From Priapulus caudatus (taxonomy: Eukaryota): a stretch of DNA of 64,000 nt. How positions within the stretch are numbered: position 1 is the first letter of the stretch; every line of letters begins with the position of its first letter. Below the pieces are notes generated by a model that worked only from the letters and a program-made list of their open reading frames with translations, ran no database searches and was not told the DNA's origin. Where the stretch lies: NCBI RefSeq assembly GCF_000485595.1, contig NW_014577079.1:865457-929456 (forward strand), given 5' to 3'. Shown here piece after piece: positions 40,048 to 52,500 of this stretch. The translations under genes and the position numbers were made by a program.

Positions 40048-43000
40048 ATGTCCGGAGATGCACAGAATGTCGCTAATGGCCCGGAAGCGAGTGAAGACAT
40101 CACGCATGCCATAGAAGATCTACGGATAGACATTGACAAGCAGAAAGCTCTCCTCCAACAGGTGTGCAGTTATAGTAAATCACACATCAGAAACTATGTA
40201 GCATACTTCATGTAAACTACAAAACATTAAGTATGTAGTGTAGACAATTATGCTGCATTTGACACGTGGATATTTTATCTACATAACCCTAGCTTTGGAG
40301 ATGTGTATAGTATTTATTAATTACTGTTACATAATTAAAGGGATAGTAGACTCTAGGATTTTACTGCATACAACTGTACTTACTGTATAACAAATCGTCT
40401 ATACCCACACGTATTTGTTACCAGATACCTAATTTGATTGTTATAATTAATTACACATCAACGCTACGAAATTTGAACGGCGCCATGACACCCGCGACCG
40501 TGCTGCCACCCTGAAAAAGTTGCGTATTTGCCAATTTATTTTGCACGTTACAGACCGAGGGCTAATCACAAAGGTGCAATTATATACATACCTAAATGCT
40601 ATTTAACCGAACGATGTTTATTTTAGGACAAATTTATCCATAATATAACTGAAACTATATATCGTTTATAAGATATTACAATCATTTTGCTTTTAAATTA
40701 ATAAATAAGAAACACCATCGGTCTGTAGCCCTTGGCTGGAAAGTGGTTTTGCGCAACTTATCAGATCCTGCGCTTTGAGTGGCGCCACCGTCGTTGTAAT
40801 CAAACTGTAGTCGTTAGTTTTAAAACATTTTTTAATAATATTTTTAATAGTGATTGAACCATGGAACTTTTTATGTAGCATAATTTTAAACTAAATTAAC
40901 TGAAAATAACCCTATAACCTAGAGTAAACTATCCCTTTAAATTCTGTGCTTATATAACCAACCCTTTGCTAGATGGGTCACTCCAGTGAAATTTCGAAAC
41001 TGTGGCCTTTATAAGCAAGTGACCATTCTATCAAGGTGGCTTTGCTGTACAAGTGTTATTTATAGAAACGTCTGTGTTCTGTAGATGCGACTGCTAACAC
41101 ATGTTTTATTGTATTTACAGCTCCATTCCAATGTTGAGAAGAACTTTCAGTGCAGAGCTGCAGGATCCAGAGACAGTGATCCGTTGGTTGGGATTTACCA
41201 GGAGCAGGATGCCTGGTTACGAGGCATGATCGCTGCCGTTCAGCAGCGCGGGGACGAACGTGAGTGTGGCACCTTCACTTCTTGATCCTCGGCTGATTGA
41301 AACCTCATCCGAATTTTGAGTCACAGAATGCTTACACGAATTATTGTTATATGCCAATATTGAAAAGACGTAACGAACTAGAGAAATCACTGGACTAGGT
41401 GAAATGTCAACTACATGGATGGAAAATTGTAAATTTCCCGCTGGCTACTTCCCTAGAGACCAGCAAATTGACCGTTGCTAGTTTCTGTTGGGCTTGCCCC
41501 ACAAGCATACCTCACAACTTTGGTAAGAGATGATACTTTTCTAGCTATTCGCCTATGGACACTAAGAAATGGTTCCTGTTGAGCTTACTTTACAACCATA
41601 CTGCACCACTGTGGCATAAGGTCATATTGCATGAACATTTCCTTTGAAACGCACACAAAAGTTCCATTGCATTCATGATTCCCCCCAACCACATAGTCAT
41701 ATCTAAATTTGACTGTATTCTTTTATTAAAAAGTAAGGAGCTACCATCTTTTTTGAATTATTAGCAAATGCTTCTCTTCTGCTGAAACGACGTAAACATG
41801 CAATTCAATAGATTGAAGACTGCGGGTGACCTGACTTGAATTAGCTTGGATAGATGTTTTTCAAAATGCACAATCAAATTTTATAGAGTCGAAAAATTCC
41901 TACAGTATATCACACATAAGATATCTTGCTTTATTGCAGTGCTGCCAACAAACCATGGCGCTTGCCAAGAGATTGTTTGTAGAAATCTCGTGGAAACATG
42001 TAAGCAACTGGAGGAAGTCCTTGCACACGTTAAATCACAAAAACAAGACCTAGAGGAGGAAAAGAAAAGGTGAACGAGAGATACATCTGTTAAATAGTGT
42101 ACCATAACCTACTCTCTCTTTCTTATTTCCTGACAACCCATACTCCTTCAACCAATTACCCTTCTACTTTTTGTTTATGTACTCAAGATTGTGCATTTGG
42201 CATTTTCGAAATGTGGCTTCGCATAATTACAATGTATTATGTAAACACAGCTAAGCTGATCACCCAATTTACAATATATATTTTTTAAATCAGGGTTGAG
42301 CAGTGGCTGCTGGAAGATAAGGAAGTCGGACGAGAACTAGAAAAACAGATACGATTAGCTTCAGATATGGAGAACACCAGCAAGAAAAAGTAAGCAACCA
42401 GATTGATAAAAAAAATCCCTAAACTATAATTTCTACCCCAATTCTACCCCAATCCCTAACCCTAACCCTACACTTTGAAACTTAAAACCGTGAGTCTAAA
42501 TTTGTTTATAAAATTTGAAATTTCTAGCAAAATTTCAAGTAGGCGACATTGTCAGGTAACAATAAAATAAGTAGACGAGATGATGGCGCGAAACTCTCAA
42601 CACTCGAGATCTTAAGACTAAGCTCCACACACTCGACTGGCAAAAATCAATGTGAATAAACAGCTAGTCGCATAAATTTAGGTAGGAGTTTTAGTATTAA
42701 ATTCTTGTAAACTGCGTGTTTACAATATGTACAGTTAACTATGTAGTGGCCTCGAGCCGGCCTTGACCCGAGTCATTGCACTCCGAGGCCAAGGCCGAGG
42801 CCGAGACCAAAGAAACCGGCCTCGAGACCTACAACACTGGCACTGACACAGGGACTCTCCTCATCATCCAGGGTTTGCCCCAGATATTTAAGAAGGGACG
42901 TCGTTTGTGGGATGCATGAATGGCGGAGGGCGTTGTGCCAATTGGAGTCGATTACACATGTCATAAACAGCCACAATACACAACTAAATTCGATCAGTTC

Positions 43001-44229
43001 AGAAATCTATACATCAAGCTGTGAAAACACAGCACGACTATGTTGAGACTTTCAAAGAATCTTCTGGAAATTAAGGCATGCTGATTATGCAAATAAGGCA
43101 TGTATGAGGATTTATGGGATGTCACATATCAGCTTTGATGGCATGTTGGTTTGTTGGCCTTGGGAGAACCCTGCTTTCCATTAGAAAACCACTACTGCTG
43201 ACTCCATTCTTTAGTAATATATTATTGTAACAGTATAATATAATGTTACATGTAAAATTTTAATATGTGAAATTCAATTATTAAAAAGTTATGTATGAAA
43301 TGGTTTAAATATTCACATGTAACATTACATGTGGCTTACCATGCATTGTTTTGTTCAGAATAAAGGCTGAATTGGGAGGCAAGTATAAAAAAGCGCACGA
43401 GTATCACATCTTCCTGATGCAGAAAATGGTGAGAATACTCCGTATAACTAACTAATAGTAAATAACTATGGCCATTGGCCCATGGTTAGGGTGAGGAAAT
43501 AATAGCAACGTCTATTATATTACATATATATATCTGTATATATATCTGTATATTACCATCTTTAACATTAACTGGTTTTGAAACGTTTTGAATTCATCTG
43601 GAGATAGTAAGCATTCATTGGATCTTCATAAACTAATTAAGTACTTGTTTTTGCAGGTAACTACACGTACAAAACTGCCACATCACTACTACTTTAACTC
43701 TTATTAATGACTATGGAGCAAGGCGTGTTATTTTGCAGGGCATTTCTATTCATAATATCAATAATTTTTGTCTTCCTTAGATAGAGTTTGTGTCAGAGCA
43801 CTTTGCACCACCAGGGGCTGAGAAGGGCAAGCAAAAGAGGCACGGTATTGGAGCCCTGGACACAACTGGTTATGCCCATCTCTTGCCACTGTACAGTTTT
43901 CTTGAAGTGAGACCCCTCTTAATATATTGGTCATCTTTCACATATTACCTAGATCAGATGTAATAATGGTTAATGGGATTATGAGTAAATAAAGAAGCAT
44001 CCTGTGGTGTTGTTATTCATGTAGGAACATGTAAATCACTACGTGCTAAATGCAGGATCGATTTTTTTAGGTTTTGATGAACAGATGTTTTGAGGTTCCT
44101 CACGATCCGTACATCCAGCTATCCGAGGAGCACTGGAGTGAATATGTAGAGCTCCTACTGCGCTGTGGCATTGTAGTGCGTCATCCTAATGACAGCAACC
44201 TTATCAAGCTTGTCGCATTTCATCTATAG
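40048..44229 (+). CDS. CENPK: Centromere protein K (CCAN subunit), ~277 aa
   Basis: Exons 40048-40161, 41121-41259, 41940-42069, 42294-42389, 43359-43428, 43781-43906, 44071-44229 (TAG); phases consistent. C-terminus LMNRCFEVPHDPYIQLSEEHWSEYVELLLRCGIVVRHPNDSNLIKLVAFHL matches the CENP-K signature (human LINRLFDVPHDPYV..WPPYVELLLRNGIALRHPED..IRLEAFHQ). Start codon less certain. Confidence 0.9.
40339..40936. mobile_element. TTAA-flanked Kolobok-like non-autonomous element, copy 1
   Basis: ttaa|agggatagtagactctagg ... cctagagtaaactatccct|ttaa; second copy at 48696-50108, right-end fragment at ~16131-16187. Confidence 0.85.
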
Positions 44230-44569
44230 ATGCTTCTAGGGATATTACAATTTCATGGTGCACAGGCATACAGTCATATGTATACTGTATATAGCAAATG
44301 TATAATTCACTGTACAGTGTCCTCTCATATCATATAGATGTTGCATTTCTGCAGAGTGATATTGGAAGTTATCACTGTCTTGTATATTTCTATTGGGCAA
44401 TAATAACCGAGCATTATAATAGTGTAGGAATGCATGTATTGCATTGTATCACGATTGTCACTTTATCATTAAATTTTATATTAATATATGTGGACCTATA
44501 AATATATTACACTTGTAGGTGTTAGGTAAGAATGTAATTTTTGAACTTATTTCTGCTTATGAAGGGGGA

Positions 44570-46230
44570 TTTTTAGCTCGCCTTGACATCGTCAAGATGA
44601 GCTATTGCCATGGGGTGTCGTCCGTCCGTCGGTCAAACATTTGGCTATGGTCAATGATAACTCAAGAACCGTTTGACCCACATGTTTCAAATTGCATATA
44701 GTTGTTACTCCTATGGGAGAGGTTTGAGTGTCCTATTTTGGAGCACGCCAGTTGACCTATATTCGAGCCACGTCCACTTTTTGGCAAAAATGGAAATGGC
44801 CACAAGTCAGTTCGGGTTCAATGGGTTTTGCTCATTTCTGGTATGTGAATGAATGAGGACTGGCCCCAAAACATATCACACAGGTTTTGATTTTTTTTTT
44901 AATTATGCAAATTAGGTAGATTTTGGCAATTTCACTATGCATTTCAATGTCTGCCTACGGTCAACGATAACTTAAGAACCGTTTGATCCACATGTTTCAA
45001 ATTGAATACAGTTGTTACTCCTATGGGAGAGATTTGAACTTCCTATTTTGGAGCATGCCAGTCGACCTACTTTCCAGTCACGCCCGCTTTTTGGCAAAAA
45101 TGGAAATGGCCATCTAAATTCATTCGATTTTGTTAAAGGCATACTAGGCCCATTGATTATGCAATGTTGACGAATGCTAGAGTAACTGGCACCTTGTGTA
45201 GTTAATAAGTACATAACCTTACATCCAAATGCGTATTAGTTTGTCCAATATCACTGCTGGTTACTAAGAAATGTCTGATTGGAATCCGCAGTCCAAGAAA
45301 TCAGTTGTTTACAGTTTCAACCCGCTGCCGGCGAAGCGGGTGTGATACAGATTTATAGTGCACCGGACATTTTCGCACGCATGCTCGGCCGTACGCAATG
45401 CTATCATCAGTGATTTCGTAAACACGAACGCTTGTGATAAGGAACTTTGTCAGGGCTGTCCATGTGCGTCCGTGATTAGTACGAGTGTTTTACTACATTT
45501 CCATGTTTAGTCCATGGCCGTGGTTACACCGCTGACACCTCCATTTCATCTGGCGTCCAAAACATACGGGCCGCACAAATGTTTCCGTCATCGCTTGACT
45601 CCTGGATGACATTTACGCCACGTAAATGAATATCAACAACTGATTTCAGTTGTGCTTGTAATGTAACCAGCAGTGATATTGGACAAACTAATACGCGTTT
45701 GGCTACAAGGTTATGTACTTATTAACTACACAAGGTGCCAGTTACTCTAGCATTCGTCAACATTGCATAATCAATGGGCCTAGTATGCCTTTAAATTTTG
45801 GTATGTGAATGTGTAAGGCTAGCCCCAAAACAGTTGTTACTGCTATGGGCGAGATGACAACGTCCTATTACGTTTATTTCGTCTAACTGGTCAACAACTC
45901 TACAATCATACCTATATACGTGTAATATTTTGTTTTAGATTCTTCGTTACAGTAATTTGAATGGAATATTTTATTGTTTTTATTTGTGCGATATTTGACA
46001 ACCAAAATGGCGATCATTTAGGCATGGCGCCATCTCTTGTCAAGATTTCAGAATTTCAGATCTGAAACATTTATTTTCCCATCAAAACTTATGCATATAT
46101 CATTATCAAGAGTATATAATGGGGGATATGCTATATAATGGGAGTTCTCCCATATACACTCTTGCTTTATATATCCCCGATCCCTCTTCTATCACACCCA
46201 AGGTGAGCTACAGTGTCATTGACACTTTCA
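44570..46230 (+). mobile_element. Helentron-associated element, copy B, interrupted by a TTAA MITE
   Basis: Same ends and tandem units as 28422-29185. Confidence 0.8.
45137..45790. mobile_element. TTAA-flanked MITE with ~130-bp TIRs (Kolobok-like), nested in HINE copy B
   Basis: ttaa|aggcatactaggccc ... gggcctagtatgcct|ttaa. Confidence 0.88.
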
Positions 46231-46573
46231 TTCGTTTTCCTCAAGGTTATAGTGCTAATATATATAGTCCACAGAGTCAATTCTAAACCTTTACACAATA
46301 TTGTGAAATTTTAGGAGCATTTTATAGTTCTTTGTCACTTGTACATACAAATGCAGTTCAACTGCCAATATTACAATAAACTATATAAAGTCAAGCGTTA
46401 ATGCAAAATGAACGAACTAGTTTTTCTTTTACACTGGCTACAGTTTAATAAATGGTACTGATAAGATACCTCCGATACCTGAGTACGTACTCCTGGTTAT
46501 AAAATGTTAGTCACAGGTCACCTGCAGTGGTGTGAAGCCATATCGGGTCTACCATGAGCTCATCTTGTGCTGG

Positions 46574-49500
46574 TCACGACAGGTTGTACTTTAAAGAAAC
46601 GGCTGCAACGTCCTCTTTGCTGTGTAGTCCCGACTGCTTGACTCGCTCAAACAGAGCATTTAAGGCTGCATATGGTAATTAAAACACATGTTAGAGTGCA
46701 TCACCAGTGTATAATACAGTAAAACTTGCATAAGTCGACACTTTTGGGACCAGCATATTTGTGTCGACTTATACAATGTATGTAAAGCGCGTATACACTG
46801 TATTAGCTGCCTTGCGTAGCAGGACATTTGCGGTGCACGTCTGCCAAATTTTCTTGGAACACTTGCTGGAAAAAATACGGTAATTCCGCGAGGCCGTGCT
46901 CTGGAAAGGACTAGTTAGTACTGTATAGCAGAATTAATTTTCAGGGAGTCACACGGACTCCTGCATATGTCAAATCAGGGAGTACGACAGTAAATCAGGG
47001 AGTATTTGACTCGATCCGGACTCGCGTTAATTTTGCACCCTGCATTGGGCTGCATACACACTTATGTAATACACTGTATACAGTGGGGAATCTGGGGGTG
47101 TGTGAGCTGCGAGCTGGAAAAAATAAAACAATGCGTCCAAGCGAACAATGCGATTCAAACAATCCATCTGCGACAGCCAGCTCATGCATTCCCTAGGGCC
47201 TAGACCATACACTGCACCATCGGCATTTCCGATGTCGACTTACAGATTGGAAATTACTGTTGTTTGTATTACATGGGACCTGTCTGAGGGCGTCGACTTG
47301 TACATAATGACAACTTATAAATGTCGACTTAGGCGGGGCTATTCCAATGGATTTACTATGAGAGCGAATCGGGACTTCGACTTCCACGTCGACTTAAGCC
47401 TGGCGCACATTTTCCCGAACAAATGTTTTTGTCTGGCAATGTGCGGGTGAACAATTGCTGAGCGCACATTGCCGAACATTTTGCAGCGAACAACCTTGTG
47501 GCGCCGTCTAGTAGCTGTGTTGTAAAGAGTCACGTGATCGGCACACAAAAATCATGTGACCACATATCGTGCTGCTATTGGTTACTACTTACAAATGTTC
47601 CTAAAATTGTTCGACATTCACCGCACATTGCCGAACATTCGACAAACAATGTTCGAGATATCAAACATTTCCGATCTTCAGAAACATTGTTCGGAACAAA
47701 TGTTCGGCGACTTTTTTCACCGCACATTGCCGAACATTTCATGGAACATTGCTACGATGTTTTTGAGCAAAATGTTCGGCAATGTGCGCTGGGCTTTAGA
47801 CGATGGCGACTTACGCGAGTTTTACTGTAGCAGGAATGCAAGGAGTAGCGTAACGATTTTCTAATTTCATGTGCATGGCAGGAAGTGATTAACAAGAACA
47901 ATTGAATTACCCTTGGTTTCTGTTGATCCCATAAACATGGCAATAGTAGAAAATCTTGCCACGTGCACCAGGCCAGCCAGTACTGAAAACACGTCCTCTT
48001 TCTCGCTGGAAATTCATACAAGACTCATGTATGTACACGCAGTGTATGCAATCCTAATCCTCTCTTAGGAATTGTGATATGTTCACGTTAATTAGCAGAG
48101 ATAAAAGGTTCAAGAGTGACTATGAAAAATTTGATGCACAGTATTAAAACCAGTGTAATAAAGTTAATCTTTCACAGGTTCATCACTGCAAACTTTTGAT
48201 GCAGTAACAGCTTGCCTTTGTTTCGCTCCCGTTTTAGTCACTTAAGCATTTGTTTAGTTGTGAATGGTACAAACATCCACGTAAAGCACCTACCACACGT
48301 AGAAATCACGAAGAACTGCAATTATCTGAGACAGAACATCAGCTTCAAGAAACTGAGAGAATAGTCGTGGGTAGTCTGCCGGCTGGATCCTCTGAAACGA
48401 GCATCAAACATCATCACATCAGATATAAATATAAAATCTCACATGTACATCAAATAGGTGCCTGACTAATTGACTGCTTCATATTAAAGACTTGCACTAA
48501 TTTCACTATTACTTATAGAAGTATATAAAACATAAATAAACAAAATATAGAATTCAATCGGTGGCTTAATGCTTTCCACAATTGGCAATAATAGAAAAGC
48601 AATAATGCAATGCACATGTAACAATAGATGAACAGAGAGAAAGTATTCGAATTTATCATAGCTTAATCATGACTCATATTATCAAAAGCACTTAAAGGGA
48701 CAGTAGCCTCTAGGATTTTACTGCATGCAACCAGGAGTAGATAATAGGGAGGTGTGTGACATCAATAAACAAGGGAAATTCGTCATTTACTAGCCTTATA
48801 ATACCTACGATTTACGTACGAGCGTAACTCATCCAACTTGAGCTCAAATCGGACACAGTACATTCGCCTATCATCGTGCGAATCGTTTCCTCGTAGACAC
48901 CCGCAATCCGGAGATACAGCCTAAAACGTACGACACGATTCTCCATTCTTTGGCCATCAATCCAACGCCATTGCGCGCCTATTAATTCAGACAAAAGGCA
49001 GGAACACCTGCCGCGCAGTCGCTTGTGTTTGCTCTCTCGGAATGCGGAATGTAGCGTTGTGGCTCGTGGGGAGATTGGACATCGACGCAACACTCGACGA
49101 GCTAATCATGCGGTTGGTGTGCGTGCTGAAGGCATGCCAGCTATGTACAGAGGTGGCCTGTGTAGCTGTGTAACGGCGTCAAAGGTTATCTCGCGCGAGT
49201 GTTGATGCCTAATCTCCCAGCGAGCCACAATGCCTCGCTGATTAGCAATAGCGGCATTAGATAGCTGCCTTTTGTCTTGAATTATAGGCGCGCAATGGCG
49301 TTGCGATTGATGGCCAAAGAAATGGAGAATCGTCCGTACGTTTTAGGCTGTATCTCCGGATTGCGGGGTCTACGAGGAACGATTTCGCACGATGATAGCG
49401 AATGTACTGTGTCCGATTTGAGCTCAAGTTGGATGAGTTACGCGTAGTAAATCGTAGGTATTATAAGGCTAGTTAAATGACGATATTCGCCCTTGTTTAT

Positions 49501-52500
49501 TGATGTCACACTCCTCCCTATTATCTACTCCTGATACAAACTGTACTTACTGTATAACAAATCGTCTATACCCACACGTATTTGTTACCAAATACCTAAT
49601 TTATATTGTTATAATTATTAATTTTACACATCAACGCTACGAAATTTGAACGGCGCCATGACACTCGCGACCGTGCTGCCACCCCGAAAAGTTGCGTATT
49701 TGACAATTTATTTTGCAGGTTACAGACCGAGGGCTAATCACAAAAGTGCAATTATATTTATACCTAAATGCTATTTAACCGAACGATATTCATTTTTGGG
49801 CAAATTTATTCATATTATAACTGAAACTATATGTCGTTTATAAGATATTACAATCATTTTGCTTTTAAATGAGTAAATAAGAAACACCCTCGGTCTGTAG
49901 CCCTTGGCTGGAAAGTGGTTTTGCGCAACTTATCAGATCGTGCGCTTTAAGTGGCGCCACCGTCGTTGTAATCAAACTGTAGTCGTTAGTTTTAAAACAT
50001 TTTTTAATATTATTTCTAATGGTGATTGAACCATGAAACTTTTTATGTAGCGTAATTATAACCTAAATTAGCTGAAAATAACCCTAGAACCTAGAGTAAA
50101 CTCTCCCTTTAAACCTTACGTTTATGGGCTTTATGTGCTCTTGATATCATCCTGTTCATAAAGTAAAGGGTGATATACCTTGAAGTATTTGTAGAGTTTC
50201 GACGAGTTTCCCTTTAGTCGCCTCCAGTCCAATTGAAGTTGAACCGAGTTTGCTGGTAGCGGTGGCCCATCGTCCTCAGCAACATCGGCAGTGCCTTCGT
50301 CTTTGTTGATGCTGCCAGTTACTGTCGTCCGCGCACGATCCTGTCTCGACTCATCTCCGATCACCACGTCCACCTTACTACTCTGCCGATGCACCCCATC
50401 GACACTACCACTCGGTGACGACATTCCTGTGACTCTATTATCGCTACCGCTGCTTACGGCCAAACGATCGCCAGCAGTTGCCTGCTTTGTCTGGCTAGTT
50501 TCAGGGGGTTTCTCCGTTTCCACGAGGGAAATATGCTCATCTTCGTCATATTCATCAATGCTAATTCTTGTAAGTGGTTTCTGAAATAAAAAAATAAAAA
50601 CATTTCTACTGTTATAAACTATATCCCTGTATTCATAGTATGTAAGACTAAAAAATGATGTGATGATGTTCAACACAGTACAATAAGTAGCTATCACTTA
50701 CGTTCTGCTATAAATATATACTAAATCCTACTAACTAATACGTCCACTTACTTGACGGTCATACACTCTAGAACCTGTTACAATACTGTCAAATTGGTAA
50801 AATTTAACCACTATGCAGCATTCTGTTTCAAATCGTAAACACTTTAATACCTTTGATCTAAGATGTACTGATTTATCGATAGGCATCACCAATCCAGGTA
50901 CCACATCAAGCTTAGCTGGAAGTTTCTTAGATAATCTTCCCTCATCAGCCTTCTCCGGCTGTGATTCTTCCAGGTCTGGTGTGGGTTTACTTTTTTCCAA
51001 AAACTGAATATATACCCAATATATCAAGGCACTATATGAACTAATTCACTAATGAGAAATCTATTTTATTGCTTCTTAAAAGAAGAACATGATATTCTTA
51101 TTTCTATTCTATTCTTTCAGAATGTCTTTTATTATTTAATAATGGTTTACTTGCCCGACATGAATTTTTACTGGCCAGTATAAATGAGAAATAATCTTGT
51201 TTTTTGAAATCAAGAAACTAATCGGGTATCAGGTAAGCAGATCTCACAGTTTTACAAAATGTCTGTTTTGCCAATCACAATCATTGTTTTTATCAAATTA
51301 GATGACTTTGCACGAGATTCTGATCAATCTACACAAAAAATACAACGTCCTGATAAAAACGGTTATTAACTACAAGTACATGAGACAACCAGCATCTTGC
51401 ATACGTTCTCAATTTTTAAAATGTCAGCTTTCGCCTGTCGGTTATCTGGCTCCAGAGTGAGGACCTGCTCAAAATCCAGCCGTGCCTCAGCGAGACATTT
51501 TCTCGCCAGTCTTGCCGTTCCTCTTCTGGCGTACGCCTTCACGTAGGTAGGGTCTAGACCGATGGAAGTACTTGCATCGGCTTCTGCCGCAGCATACCTG
51601 TAGGAAAACCATCGTGACCACCTGAAAGTCTCACCACTTGACATGCTAGGACACTGCTGACTAATGACACAAATGGAGACTAGATACCATTTTAGCGCAA
51701 GAATCAATACACGGAGGTAACTTTCGTTGATCGGCTCATAAATTAACACACTTTACACAAAATGATGGTAAGCAAAGCATGTTTTCCCACAGGCATCCTG
51801 AAAGTATATTGATTGCCTGTGGTAGGAAACATTGGTATTAGCTATGTGCATACAAGAGAGCACAGGTACCTTCCAAGTTTAAGCAGAGCCATGGCACGGT
51901 TAGCAGGCAAGATGGCACTGAATTGATCATAACCAATTCCTTTTGTGTAATGCTCTATGGCCTCTTCATACTTTGCTTTTTTGAATAGATCATTTCCCTG
52001 TAATAGAATAAACACATGATATTAGCATACTAATGGAAATAGCTGCAAATCCACTCATGTAAACCATAAAAAACAACAGTGGGCTAAAAACAACACATGT
52101 TAATGTTCTATAATTATTGCCTTGTTCAAAATCTACCAGTTACTTGGATCAGTTAGCCACGAACACTGCAGTTCTGCTCATACCCCCCCCCCATACATGT
52201 GATTGACAGCTAGAACTGCAAACAGTCCTATTTATTCCCTACAGTCTCTTCATAGATCACTGCATATTAATTAAAATCAAAAGTTTACTAAACAAGCGCC
52301 GCAGAGCGACAGCGCTCAATTGACGTGTACTGTAGCCGGGTATTCTTCTGATAAACTCACTGGCAACCGAATCAAGTGCGCCCTCCCGCCACCGCGTTCG
52401 CGCTCAGAGCATATATCTAGGATACTACTAATACAGATCTAAAATCTATGATAGGCTTTGCTATACCGGTAGTACAGTAATAAAGATACAGCTGTGTAAC

